Shown piece by piece: positions 37,968 to 47,242 of a DNA stretch of 64,000 nucleotides (positions within the stretch are counted from its first letter, which is position 1; each line of letters begins with the position of its first letter). This DNA is from Crocinitomicaceae bacterium (GTDB taxonomy: Bacteria; Bacteroidota; Bacteroidia; Flavobacteriales_D; Crocinitomicaceae). The position numbers and the translations under genes were made by a program. The notes below the pieces were generated by a model. The model had not been told where the DNA came from and did not search any database. It saw only the letters and a list, made by a program, of their open reading frames with translations. The DNA is taken from positions 10,048 through 74,047 of the forward strand of contig JAQWKT010000013.1 of assembly GCA_029247685.1 (NCBI GenBank). The letters are read 5' to 3'.

Positions 37968-38104
37968 AATAATTGGATTTTAACCCTACTCGTATGGCTT
38001 TTCGGTTTCGCCTCGTTTTTAAATTGGTGTCTGAGCTCCAAATTAGATATAATAAAAATACATTATTTTATTTAAATAATAACGACAGATTAATTTATAG
38101 ATAA

Positions 38105-38149
38105 AAAAAGCTTAAAAAGCTTAAAAAGCTTAAAAAGCTTAAAAAGCTT
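38105..38149. repeat. Perfect tandem repeat, 5 x 9 nt (AAAAAGCTT), spanning the stop codon of add
   Basis: Read directly from the sequence. On the minus strand it reads GAAGCTTTT(TAAGCTTTT)x4. Confidence 0.95.
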
Positions 38150-39158
38150 CAAAATAACTTTTCACCTCAGAGATTCTGTTTTTCTTTTCTTCAGTACTTA
38201 GCCAGCTTATTTCAAATGCATTAATAGCCAGTTGCATCAAATGTTCTTTTTTTAAATCTAAGGCCTTTGCGGTCTCATAATAATTTTCATTCATGTACCC
38301 TCCAAAGTAAGCCGGGTCATCGGAATGAATAGTGGCCAATAATCCTTTTTCCAACATTTTTAGAACGGGATGATCCTCCATTTTTTGAATGACCTTTAGC
38401 TCTAGATTACTAAGCGGGCATAGAGTTAACCCCATTTTTTTATTTATTAGAGTTTTCACAAGTTTTTCATCGTCCAAACAACGATTTCCATGGTCCACCC
38501 GAACAACATTTAAAAGTTCAAGAGCCTCCCATATATAGTCAACAGGTCCTTCTTCCCCTGCATGAGCAACTAGTTTGAATCCGTGCTTAGCAGATTCTTT
38601 AAAAACCTGAACAAACTTGCTTGGCGGGTTTCCTAGCTCAGAAGAATCCAATCCAACCCCATCAATTAAATGCGCATATGGAATAGATGATTCTAGTGTT
38701 TTAAACGCTTCTTCCTCACTTAAATGCCTTAAATAAGACATTATAAGCTTGTAAGACATTCCAAGTTCTTTCTTGGCTTTTTCTAGGGCTCCAGAGATTC
38801 CTTTAATTACCACTTCAAATTTCACCCCTCTATCGGTATGCGTTTGCGGATCAAAAAACACCTCCACATGTACCACATTTTCACGATGGACTTTTTTTAA
38901 ATAAGCCCATGTTAGATCAAAAAAATCTTGCTCATAAAGAAGCACTTTTGCGCCGACATAGTAGATGTCTAAAAACTCTTGAAGGTTGTTAAACTTGTAT
39001 GCCTTTTTTAATGATTCGACAGAATCATAATCTAAAGAAACCTTGTTTCTTTTTGCGATTTCAAACATTAATTCTGGCTCAAAGCTTCCTTCTATATGAA
39101 GATGAAGTTCTGCTTTTGGAATACCTTGAATTAGTTTTTTTAGAAGTGTTGTTTGCAT
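38139..39158 (-). CDS. add: Adenosine/adenine deaminase family protein
   Basis: ELHLHIEGS, HAGEEGP and IHSDDPAYF metal and catalytic motifs. Length 339 aa. Confidence 0.9.
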   Translation of the reverse strand: MQTTLLKKLIQGIPKAELHLHIEGSFEPELMFEIAKRNKVSLDYDSVESLKKAYKFNNLQEFLDIYYVGAKVLLYEQDFFDLTWAYLKKVHRENVVHVEVFFDPQTHTDRGVKFEVVIKGISGALEKAKKELGMSYKLIMSYLRHLSEEEAFKTLESSIPYAHLIDGVGLDSSELGNPPSKFVQVFKESAKHGFKLVAHAGEEGPVDYIWEALELLNVVRVDHGNRCLDDEKLVKTLINKKMGLTLCPLSNLELKVIQKMEDHPVLKMLEKGLLATIHSDDPAYFGGYMNENYYETAKALDLKKEHLMQLAINAFEISWLSTEEKKNRISEVKSYFEAF

Positions 39159-39239
39159 AATTTATGAATAGTTAGTGATTTTATGTCTCTTTAGATAAAA
39201 CTACGAAGAATAGTTGCTTTTTACTTCGAAACGATTCTA

Positions 39240-40124
39240 TTATTTCAAGTATTTTGCCAACAAACTATTTACTGATAGAGTTAAAGATTGTTTTTTGATT
39301 TTCTTTATCATGTCTGGTTTAAGCTTATTAAGCACGCTTTTTTCGACACCAATCAAAGGTTTTTCATCAGGAGGCTCTGGAAATATATTTTGCTCTTTAA
39401 AGAGTCTTCTAGTAACCCTAGCAACCTCCATTGCTCCTTTAAAGTTTCCTTCTTGCTCAAGTATGTAGGCTAAAGCAATCAAACCATAAGCATCTTCGGA
39501 TTTAGAATCGGCTTTCTTTCGCAAGGCATAATATTTTGTGATCAATCTTCGAGCTTCTGCAAAATCTCCAGTTGCGGTAGAAACAAATGACTTATTAAAA
39601 TGGTCTATTGTAAACATTCCGATAGCTCCAATAGATTCACTAATACGCATGCTTTCATTGTAAAAAGCTTCGGCTTTTTTAAGATTTCCAATTAAACGCC
39701 ACATTTCAGCATTCATGTGTGCTCTTTTCATCATCCACTTTTTTTCACCGGTGGTTTCAGACAATTTAACCAATTCAACACTAAGTTCAGCCAATCTTGT
39801 TGTATCTAATGTTCTTTGTGCATTTCTACACAAAGAAGATAATGCCCCTCCAATAAGATCATAATCGTTAACAGCGCGTCCATGCTCTAAAACCGTGTTG
39901 GCTAATTTTATGGACTCATCATCATTTCCTTCCTTAAAATGCTGATATGCCTCCTTAAGTAATTTCTGATTGTCTTTTTGCTCTTCAGCTATGCCCTTAT
40001 TAAGTTTAGTCTTATTTTTTGTTTTATTTGATATGTTATTAGAAGCGACAAGTTCTTCTTTCTTATCGGCACCACAAGAAAACAATAATACGGAAAGACC
40101 TATTGTATAAAATGTGTTTTTCAT
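39240..40124 (-). CDS. TPR-like repeat lipoprotein, function unknown
   Basis: Lipobox LLFSCGA followed by helical-repeat composition. It forms an ATGA overlap with the SOUL gene stop. Confidence 0.5.
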   Translation of the reverse strand: MKNTFYTIGLSVLLFSCGADKKEELVASNNISNKTKNKTKLNKGIAEEQKDNQKLLKEAYQHFKEGNDDESIKLANTVLEHGRAVNDYDLIGGALSSLCRNAQRTLDTTRLAELSVELVKLSETTGEKKWMMKRAHMNAEMWRLIGNLKKAEAFYNESMRISESIGAIGMFTIDHFNKSFVSTATGDFAEARRLITKYYALRKKADSKSEDAYGLIALAYILEQEGNFKGAMEVARVTRRLFKEQNIFPEPPDEKPLIGVEKSVLNKLKPDMIKKIKKQSLTLSVNSLLAKYLK

Positions 40125-40714
40125 TTATAGTTTTTAAGTTCCACAATAATTTCATTTTTTCGATTAAAAATTTCGTATGGAGGATTATAGCCTAAGAAAA
40201 AAAAGTTGTTGCTGTATGCTATTTCTTTTTCTTTTAAAGCAGAAATTAATTTTTGCTTGTATTCCTTAATTTTTTTATTATTTGCCCATCCTCCAAAGCG
40301 AATTGCTGCTACGGTTTTTTTTGGAACTTCTTTAAATTCAATTTTTGAATTATCGGGTTGAGGTAGACTTTCTTTTTTTAATTTTTTAGGTACCATAAAC
40401 ATCATGGTCATCGAGTCTTCAAGAGACATCGTTACTGGAGAGGTCATGGCTATTTTTTGTTTTTTGTCGTTCCCTCCAAAAATATATCCAGCTAAAATAG
40501 AAAACCCTTTGCTTGACTCGTTTTTATAATTATTAGAATTTAATTTTACCGAAGTAAATAAAGCTTCGTCATAGGTGCGTATTTCAAAGGTTTTATATTT
40601 TTTAATAACCTTGTATGGGTACGTTTCAATATCGCTACTGCTCCTAAAAGCAAAAAGTTGGATAATGATAAAAGCGCTTACGATTACTCCAAGAATGATT
40701 AAAAAGATTTTCAT
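40121..40714 (-). CDS. SOUL heme-binding family protein with an N-terminal membrane anchor
   Basis: ETYPYKVIKKYKTFEIRTY..A, then ..GFSILAGYIFGGN....KIAMTSPV and ..GYNPPYE. This matches the SOUL/HBP pattern. Confidence 0.7.
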   Translation of the reverse strand: MKIFLIILGVIVSAFIIIQLFAFRSSSDIETYPYKVIKKYKTFEIRTYDEALFTSVKLNSNNYKNESSKGFSILAGYIFGGNDKKQKIAMTSPVTMSLEDSMTMMFMVPKKLKKESLPQPDNSKIEFKEVPKKTVAAIRFGGWANNKKIKEYKQKLISALKEKEIAYSNNFFFLGYNPPYEIFNRKNEIIVELKNYK

Positions 40715-40751
40715 AGAAAGGCTGATTTAATTTTTTACAAAATAGAGGAAA

Positions 40752-42602
40752 TTAATTACTAATAGTAAAATTAAAAGGATACCTCATATAGGTGCGTTTT
40801 GTTAGGCCACCAAGTTCTCCTGGAGCCCATCTTGGCATTTTTCGTAACACTCGCTTAACTTCTTTCACAAAATCATTACATCCAGTTCTATTTCTTTCAA
40901 CAGTTATGTTTGTTAAGGAACCATTTTTCTCTACACAAAATTTAACAAAAACTCTTCCTTGCGCATTCATGTCCATACAAATATCGGGGAATTTTGTGTT
41001 TTCAAGAACGAACTTTTTAAGTGCAGCAGCACCTCCTGGAAATTCCGCCACCACATCTGGGAATTCGACTATCTCTTCATCAGTAACTTTTGGTTTGTAA
41101 CCTTCTCTTTGTGAATGTTTAGGAGGGGTTACGCGTATTTCAACATCTTCAATAAAAGGTTCTTCGACATCTTCAATAATCTCACTACCATTAAGGTTCT
41201 TTTTTAAACACCTTACACTATAAGCTTCAAATTCGTACCCACTTGATTGATATAAGTTGTCATCTTGATGAGACAAACGAACAACATAAACAGAAGCCTG
41301 TTCTTTATAGTTAATCGTCCCTGAAGAGCTCCAAAATTTGGCATATTGTCCAACTCCCGATCCATTATAATTTTTTCCTGGGGATAATATTATCCCAGAG
41401 GGGTATGCATTAAAGCTACTTTTATTATTTCCATTACCATACCTGTTATAATGCTCAACCCAGCCGGTTTTACTCTTTAATTCATCGCCAGCCTTATTTA
41501 TGCCACCAAATGAATTTGCTAATTCTAACCAATCTGCTTTGGAAGGGATTTCCCATCCATTTGGGGCCAAACCACGAGCATCAAAAACAGCGAAATAATT
41601 GTATAATAAACCATCTCTTTCTCCATTTTTAGGATTAAAATCAGAAAAGCAACATGCAGGAATTCTATTTCTACAGGCAGAGTTAAATTGTGTTTCGTTT
41701 TCAACAAAAAGGATAGAGTCTCCATTCTGAAAACATAAAGTGCGTAAATTATTGCCCATCCAAACTTGATTATAAATTTTTGTTGCAACATAATCTTTGG
41801 ACAACCAAAGACCATTTGGTTTTTTAACAGGATAATCTTTTACACATCGAACATAGTAACCGTCACTTTTGTTAGAGAATTTTTTATCACACAAATTATC
41901 GTTAAAACATTTACCAATGTAATGTGCTGATTCTCCTTTTAAGTGGGTATAGGTCCACCATTTAGCGCATACATCTCCATAACCATTTTCCATTTTATTG
42001 TTAACTCGAGACCCACCATATTGATAAAAATCACGAGGTATATTTGGTTTATAGATTTCTACACCTACTTCTTCTACATATGAATCCCATTTTGTATTAA
42101 CTATCCTCTCCCATTCTTCTAAAGTTGCAATATGCCATCCTTTTGGAGCTAATCCTCTTTTGTCAGTCACTGCATACCAATTATATAAAATGCCATATCT
42201 TTCTTTATTTTCTGGATTATTATTATAAAAACAACAAGCAGGTTCTTTATTTTTTCCAGCCTTAAACCATTCATTTTCATTATTAATTATTGGAATTGGA
42301 TCTCCATTTTTAAAGGACAAAAGATTTAGATTTTTTTTCATCCACACTTGTTCAGGTTTTCTGTAATAACCTGTTCTTCCATTGCTTTCAATTGTTATTG
42401 TATTTGATACATTTAATAATGAGTTTTTATTGTATGTTGAACGAGGCTTTTCTCTGGATTTTTTTTGTTTCAATATGAGTTTGCTTGTATTATTATATTT
42501 TTTTTCTATTGTTCCCTTTTTTGAAACAGAATTGTCGTTATTACAAGAAGATAGAGAAAGAAAAATAAGGCAAACAATAATTACAAAGTCTGATTTTTTC
42601 AT
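40752..42602 (-). CDS. Lipoprotein with two FISUMP (Fibrobacter succinogenes major paralogous) domains fused to a TonB C-terminal domain
   Basis: Lipobox LSLSSCN. It has two copies of W..NL......GD.I......EW.....PACCFY......RYG.LYNW.AV.D.RGLAP.GW.IP. The C-terminus reads FPGGAAALKKFVLENTKFP...GRVFVKFCVEKNGSLTNITV. Confidence 0.7.
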   Translation of the reverse strand: MKKSDFVIIVCLIFLSLSSCNNDNSVSKKGTIEKKYNNTSKLILKQKKSREKPRSTYNKNSLLNVSNTITIESNGRTGYYRKPEQVWMKKNLNLLSFKNGDPIPIINNENEWFKAGKNKEPACCFYNNNPENKERYGILYNWYAVTDKRGLAPKGWHIATLEEWERIVNTKWDSYVEEVGVEIYKPNIPRDFYQYGGSRVNNKMENGYGDVCAKWWTYTHLKGESAHYIGKCFNDNLCDKKFSNKSDGYYVRCVKDYPVKKPNGLWLSKDYVATKIYNQVWMGNNLRTLCFQNGDSILFVENETQFNSACRNRIPACCFSDFNPKNGERDGLLYNYFAVFDARGLAPNGWEIPSKADWLELANSFGGINKAGDELKSKTGWVEHYNRYGNGNNKSSFNAYPSGIILSPGKNYNGSGVGQYAKFWSSSGTINYKEQASVYVVRLSHQDDNLYQSSGYEFEAYSVRCLKKNLNGSEIIEDVEEPFIEDVEIRVTPPKHSQREGYKPKVTDEEIVEFPDVVAEFPGGAAALKKFVLENTKFPDICMDMNAQGRVFVKFCVEKNGSLTNITVERNRTGCNDFVKEVKRVLRKMPRWAPGELGGLTKRTYMRYPFNFTISN

Positions 42603-42622
42603 GTTAATTAAAAAGTTTGATT

Positions 42623-45238
42623 TTACCCACCAGTTAGTTTTTTTATTTCGTTAAGCTTCATTAATGCTTCTATAGGCGTTAAAGAGTTAATATCTATGTG
42701 CATTAATTCGTCATGAATTTGTTGTAAAACAGGATCGTCAAGTTGAAAAAAACTAAGTTGTAGCTCTTCCTTTTTTTGAGCACCAACTTGTTTTTTCTCT
42801 ACTTTTTTATGTTTTGACTCTAAATCAATTAATATTTCTTCCGATTTTTTAATTACCGAAAGCGGCATTCCGGCGAGTCTTGCCACATGAATACCAAAAG
42901 AATGTTCGCTTCCACCCTCCACAAGTTTCCTTAAAAACAAGATTCGTTTTCCCATTTCTTTTACCGAAACATTAAAGTTTTTAATTCTAGGATAAATAGA
43001 ACTCATTGAATTTAGTTCATGATAATGTGTTGCAAATAGTGTTTTCGCTTTTGCGTTTGGAAATTCGTGCAGGTATTCCGCAATAGCCCAAGCGATGGAA
43101 ATGCCATCATAGGTGCTTGTTCCTCTTCCAATTTCATCTAACAAAATAAGACTTCTTTTAGAAAGGTTGTTTAAAATACTTGCTGTTTCATTCATCTCCA
43201 CCATAAAAGTAGATTCTCCTGAAGAGATATTATCTGAAGCCCCAACACGGGTAAAGATTTTATCCACTATGCCAATTTCCGCTCGTTCAGCAGGAACAAA
43301 GCATCCAACTTGAGCCATTAAAACAATTAGTGCCGTTTGACGAAGCAGCGCACTTTTTCCACTCATGTTTGGCCCGGTAATCATCATGATTTGTTGCGTG
43401 TTTTCGTCTAAAAAAACATCATTTGGGATATAACTTTCTGCTGCAGGAATGCTTTTCTCAATAACAGGGTGCCTGCCATTTTTAATATTTATCTCAAGGC
43501 TATTATTGATGCTTGGCTTGCTATAGTTGTATTGTTCAGAAATTAGAGCAAATGCACAAAAACAGTCAAGCTTAGCAAGTAAAAAAGCATTTTTTTGAAT
43601 AGGTTCTATGTATTTAGAGACAATCTCTACAAGCTCATTAAAAAGCCTTGTTTCAAGAGCCCTTATTTTATCTTCTGCACCAAGAATTTTGTGCTCATAC
43701 TCCTTAAGCTTTTCAGTAATATATCGCTCTGCATTAACAAGGGTTTGTTTTCTAATCCATTCTTCAGGAACTTTGTCTTTATGCGTGTTTCGGACCTCAA
43801 AATAATATCCAAAAACGTTATTAAATGAAATCTTTAGACTCGAAATACCAGTCCGAGTCATTTCTTTTTGTTGCATCTTATCAAGATAGGATTTCCCATC
43901 GGAAAGAATTTCTCTTAAGGAGTCAAGATCCTTGTTGAGACCGTTGTTAATAACAGGTCCTTTTCCTACTTGAACTGCAGGCGATTCAAGAAGGTGTTTT
44001 TCGATGGTTTGACTTAATTTTTTACAAGGATTGAGAGCTCTTGACATTGCTTTTGTCTCTTTGTTTTCAATTTTAGACAAAACTTCTTTTATAAAGGGAA
44101 TACAATTAAGCGTTTCTTTAAGCTTAATTAATTCTCTTGGATTAACTCGTTGTACCGAAACTTTAGAGACTAATCTTTCTAAATCTCCTACATCTTTTAG
44201 GTGTTCGCTTAAAAGATTTCGTTGATTTTCTTTTTTGAAAAGAGCGTCTACAAAATCTAGTCTAGCATTAATTTTTTTGGAATCTTTTAGTGGCAAAAGC
44301 ACCCATCTTTTTAGCAATCTTGCACCCATTGGGGATAGGGTTTTATCCATTACATCAATTAATGTTATTGCATCTTCGTTAGGAGATTGAACCAATTCAA
44401 GGTTTCTAATGGTGAACCGATCCATCCAGACAAAACTATCTTCTTCTATCCGTTTAATGGAACGAATGTGTTGAAGTTTGTTTTGATGATTATCATTGAG
44501 GTAATGAAGAATGGCTCCTGCGGCAATAACTCCTTCATCCATGTGGTTAATTCCAAAGCCCTTTAAGGAGTTTGTTTCAAAATGTCCAAGCAGTTTTTCT
44601 TCCGCAAAATCCACTTGAAAAGCCCAGTCATCAATCGCAAAAGAATAATATTTTTCGGAAAAAAGGGCATTATAATCTGCGCGTTTATTTTTTTGAAAAA
44701 CAATTTCACTAGGTTGCATGGAAGAAACTAACTTGTCAAGGTATTCTATTTTTCCTGACGCATAAAGAAATTCTCCAGTAGTTACGTCAATAAAAGAGAT
44801 TCCATGCACAAGTTTTGAAAAATGAATGGCACACAAAAAGTTGTTTTTTGCCTTATCTAAAACTTGGTCATTAAAAGAAACCCCAGGGGTAACTAATTCC
44901 GTTACTCCTCTTTTAACGATTTTTTTAGTGAGCTTTGGATCTTCTAGTTGGTCACAAACGGCAACACGCTGACCAGACCGCACCAATTTTGGTAAATAGG
45001 TTTCTAGAGAATGATGCGGAAAACCCGCTAACTCTATTTTTGCAGCGGCTCCATTTTTTCTATGCGTAAGAACAATGCCAAGAATTTTAGAAGCAACAAT
45101 AGCATCTTGTCCAAAGGTTTCATAAAAATCACCAACACGAAATAATAAAAGAGCTTTTGGGTGCTTAGCCTTAATCTGATTGTATTGTTTCATCAGAGGA
45201 GTTTCTTTTATTTCCTGTTTTTTTATGGTTTTTTTCAA
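42623..45238 (-). CDS. mutS: DNA mismatch repair protein MutS
   Basis: TPLMKQY, GDFYE.F, Walker A GPNMSGKS and DEIGRGTSTYDG. Length 871 aa. Confidence 0.97.
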   Translation of the reverse strand: MKKTIKKQEIKETPLMKQYNQIKAKHPKALLLFRVGDFYETFGQDAIVASKILGIVLTHRKNGAAAKIELAGFPHHSLETYLPKLVRSGQRVAVCDQLEDPKLTKKIVKRGVTELVTPGVSFNDQVLDKAKNNFLCAIHFSKLVHGISFIDVTTGEFLYASGKIEYLDKLVSSMQPSEIVFQKNKRADYNALFSEKYYSFAIDDWAFQVDFAEEKLLGHFETNSLKGFGINHMDEGVIAAGAILHYLNDNHQNKLQHIRSIKRIEEDSFVWMDRFTIRNLELVQSPNEDAITLIDVMDKTLSPMGARLLKRWVLLPLKDSKKINARLDFVDALFKKENQRNLLSEHLKDVGDLERLVSKVSVQRVNPRELIKLKETLNCIPFIKEVLSKIENKETKAMSRALNPCKKLSQTIEKHLLESPAVQVGKGPVINNGLNKDLDSLREILSDGKSYLDKMQQKEMTRTGISSLKISFNNVFGYYFEVRNTHKDKVPEEWIRKQTLVNAERYITEKLKEYEHKILGAEDKIRALETRLFNELVEIVSKYIEPIQKNAFLLAKLDCFCAFALISEQYNYSKPSINNSLEINIKNGRHPVIEKSIPAAESYIPNDVFLDENTQQIMMITGPNMSGKSALLRQTALIVLMAQVGCFVPAERAEIGIVDKIFTRVGASDNISSGESTFMVEMNETASILNNLSKRSLILLDEIGRGTSTYDGISIAWAIAEYLHEFPNAKAKTLFATHYHELNSMSSIYPRIKNFNVSVKEMGKRILFLRKLVEGGSEHSFGIHVARLAGMPLSVIKKSEEILIDLESKHKKVEKKQVGAQKKEELQLSFFQLDDPVLQQIHDELMHIDINSLTPIEALMKLNEIKKLTGG

Positions 45239-45315
45239 ACGAGAGGGTTAAATATTAAACTCGTAAATTTACAACCATATAACCGCACATCAAAATTATT
45301 AAAGCAACTTGATTT

Positions 45316-45855
45316 ATGACTAGCAATAGAAAACTCAAATTATGGGAGCTTGAACGTGTTGATAAGGAAACCTTTCTAACACAGAAAAAAGAAGATCTTC
45401 TTATAGTTTTAGATAACATAAGGTCTTTAAACAATGTTGGTTCATTTTTTAGAACATGCGATGCGTTTAATGTAAAGAAAATTTATTTATGCGGAATAAC
45501 TCCTAAACCTCCCCACAGAGAGATAAACAAAACCGCAATAGGGGCTACTCAAACGGTGACCTGGGAATATAGAGAATCTGCTTTAATGTTAACAAAGGAA
45601 TTAAAAGCAAAAGGAAATATAATTGTTTCTATTGAACAAGCAAGTACCACCAAAAATATACAAGAATTAAATAACTTTGTTAACAAGCCATTGGTTCTAG
45701 TTTTTGGAAATGAAGTAGAAGGAGTCGATCAGGAGATAGTGGATCTTAGCCATGAAGTAATGGAGATTCCTCAATACGGAACAAAGCATAGCTTAAATGT
45801 AAGCGTTTGTGCTGGAATAGTTATATGGGAAGCAACAAAAAAAAGCAACAAATGA
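45316..45855 (+). CDS. TrmH/SpoU-family RNA 2'-O-methyltransferase
   Basis: LDNIRSLNNVGSFFRT, FGNEVEGV and IPQYGTKHSLNVS motifs. Confidence 0.85.
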   Translation: MTSNRKLKLWELERVDKETFLTQKKEDLLIVLDNIRSLNNVGSFFRTCDAFNVKKIYLCGITPKPPHREINKTAIGATQTVTWEYRESALMLTKELKAKGNIIVSIEQASTTKNIQELNNFVNKPLVLVFGNEVEGVDQEIVDLSHEVMEIPQYGTKHSLNVSVCAGIVIWEATKKSNK

Positions 45856-46691
45856 AAAAGGTAATTATTGTTCAAGGAGGCGGGTTTATGACCAGTTATA
45901 CTACTGGAGTTTTAGATGCTTTTCAAATGACAAATTATAAGCCTTTTGATTCTCATGTTGGAATTTCAGGTGGGTCCATTGCTTTGTCTTATTTTTTAAG
46001 TGATCAATATGGTTCCTGCTATCAAACAATGATCAAACTCATCAAGGAAAGACAATTTTTGCGTTATTCAAAAGTGTTGACAGATGGCCTTCTGAATTTG
46101 GATTATTTTCATGAAATTGCAAATAATGAAATGCCTTTTGATTTTGATAAAGCCGAGCAAAACACCAAAAAAAAGGATTTTTATGTCGTACTAACAAATA
46201 GTGACAACGGAACACCAGTTTATTTTCAACCACAGAAAAAAAATTGGGTGGATTCAATAATTGCATCTAGTACAATTCCTTTTTTAACGAAAGGGAAGCA
46301 TGTTATAGATGGTGTTGGATATTCGGATGGGGCTTTAGGCGATCCAATTCCTGTTCGTTGGGCGGTTGAAAATGGAGCAAAAGAGGTTCTTGTGATTAGA
46401 ACAACTCCATTTGTAGAAAAAGCAGGAAAAAAGATTTCCGAAGTGTTTGCATCCAAAATTACAAACGCTTCTCCAAAATTAAAACTACAAATAGAAAACC
46501 ACTCGATTAATGTTCATAAGGCCATTTCTTATATGGATAACCCTCCAGAGGGAGTAATTATTAAGCAGATTGCCCCAATAAATATTCTTAAATCTGGTGT
46601 TTTTGCCATATCAAGTAATCAGCTTGTAGAAGATTATAGACATGGGCTTCAATGTGGATTAGATTATGTTTTTAACCATAAAAGCGATTAA
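45852..46691 (+). CDS. Patatin-like phospholipase family protein
   Basis: VQGGGF oxyanion motif, GISGGS nucleophile elbow and DGALGD catalytic Asp. The start at 45852 forms an ATGA overlap with the methyltransferase. Confidence 0.8.
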   Translation: MKKVIIVQGGGFMTSYTTGVLDAFQMTNYKPFDSHVGISGGSIALSYFLSDQYGSCYQTMIKLIKERQFLRYSKVLTDGLLNLDYFHEIANNEMPFDFDKAEQNTKKKDFYVVLTNSDNGTPVYFQPQKKNWVDSIIASSTIPFLTKGKHVIDGVGYSDGALGDPIPVRWAVENGAKEVLVIRTTPFVEKAGKKISEVFASKITNASPKLKLQIENHSINVHKAISYMDNPPEGVIIKQIAPINILKSGVFAISSNQLVEDYRHGLQCGLDYVFNHKSD

Positions 46692-47242
46692 AACTTTAAT
46701 TTTTTTCTCCATTTTCGATGGATTCGTTTGCTTAGCTTTTTTCTATATCGTTTGATAACAGAGCTTCTATCTGAGATATTACCACATTTAATAATGTCTC
46801 TAAAATAGATTTTTCCATTTTTATATAAGCTTATTTCAAAAGAAACAGAAGTTGCTTCTTCTCTATAAACCTTAAAAAGGTTTCCTGAAGCAAGAATATC
46901 TTTAAGTAATGGAGCCCGTGAAGATTTCTTATATCGTCGATCATACCCCCTAACGTTAATTATCATAAAGGTGTTATAGCCTAAATCGGCTTGTTGTTTT
47001 TGGATAGAGTCAGTACTTAACAAAGAGGCATCAGAGCCTATTTTTAATAGGTTTAAAGAAGGAATAGCCTTTATATTAAACGTGGATAAAATTTCAGAGG
47101 TGTTTATTTCAATAGAAAATCGATCTTCTGATTTGTCAAATTGTCCCACGACAATTGTTTTTCCAATGGAATTAATTTGTACAAAGCATACGTTTGCACT
47201 AAAAAACAGAAAATAACACAGGTTAAAAAATTTCATTTGCAA
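46688..47242 (-). CDS. Hypothetical secreted protein with a strongly basic C-terminal tail
   Basis: It has a signal peptide. No family recognised. Confidence 0.4.
   Translation of the reverse strand: MQMKFFNLCYFLFFSANVCFVQINSIGKTIVVGQFDKSEDRFSIEINTSEILSTFNIKAIPSLNLLKIGSDASLLSTDSIQKQQADLGYNTFMIINVRGYDRRYKKSSRAPLLKDILASGNLFKVYREEATSVSFEISLYKNGKIYFRDIIKCGNISDRSSVIKRYRKKLSKRIHRKWRKKLKF

Noticed and set aside
37968-38100. Possible riboswitch or ncRNA in the relatively GC-richer 5' leader of the DUF805 gene (..CGAGGCGAAACCGAAAAGCCATACGAGTAGGG.. on the minus strand).
   Set aside because: Only short, weak pairings (GGC/GCC) are visible. There is no recognisable known motif and no clear promoter or terminator pair. 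I cannot support it without covariation data.
38105-38149. CRISPR-like array.
   Set aside because: The units are 9 nt, directly abutting with no spacers, and they overlap a gene's 3' end. This is a simple tandem repeat, not a CRISPR.
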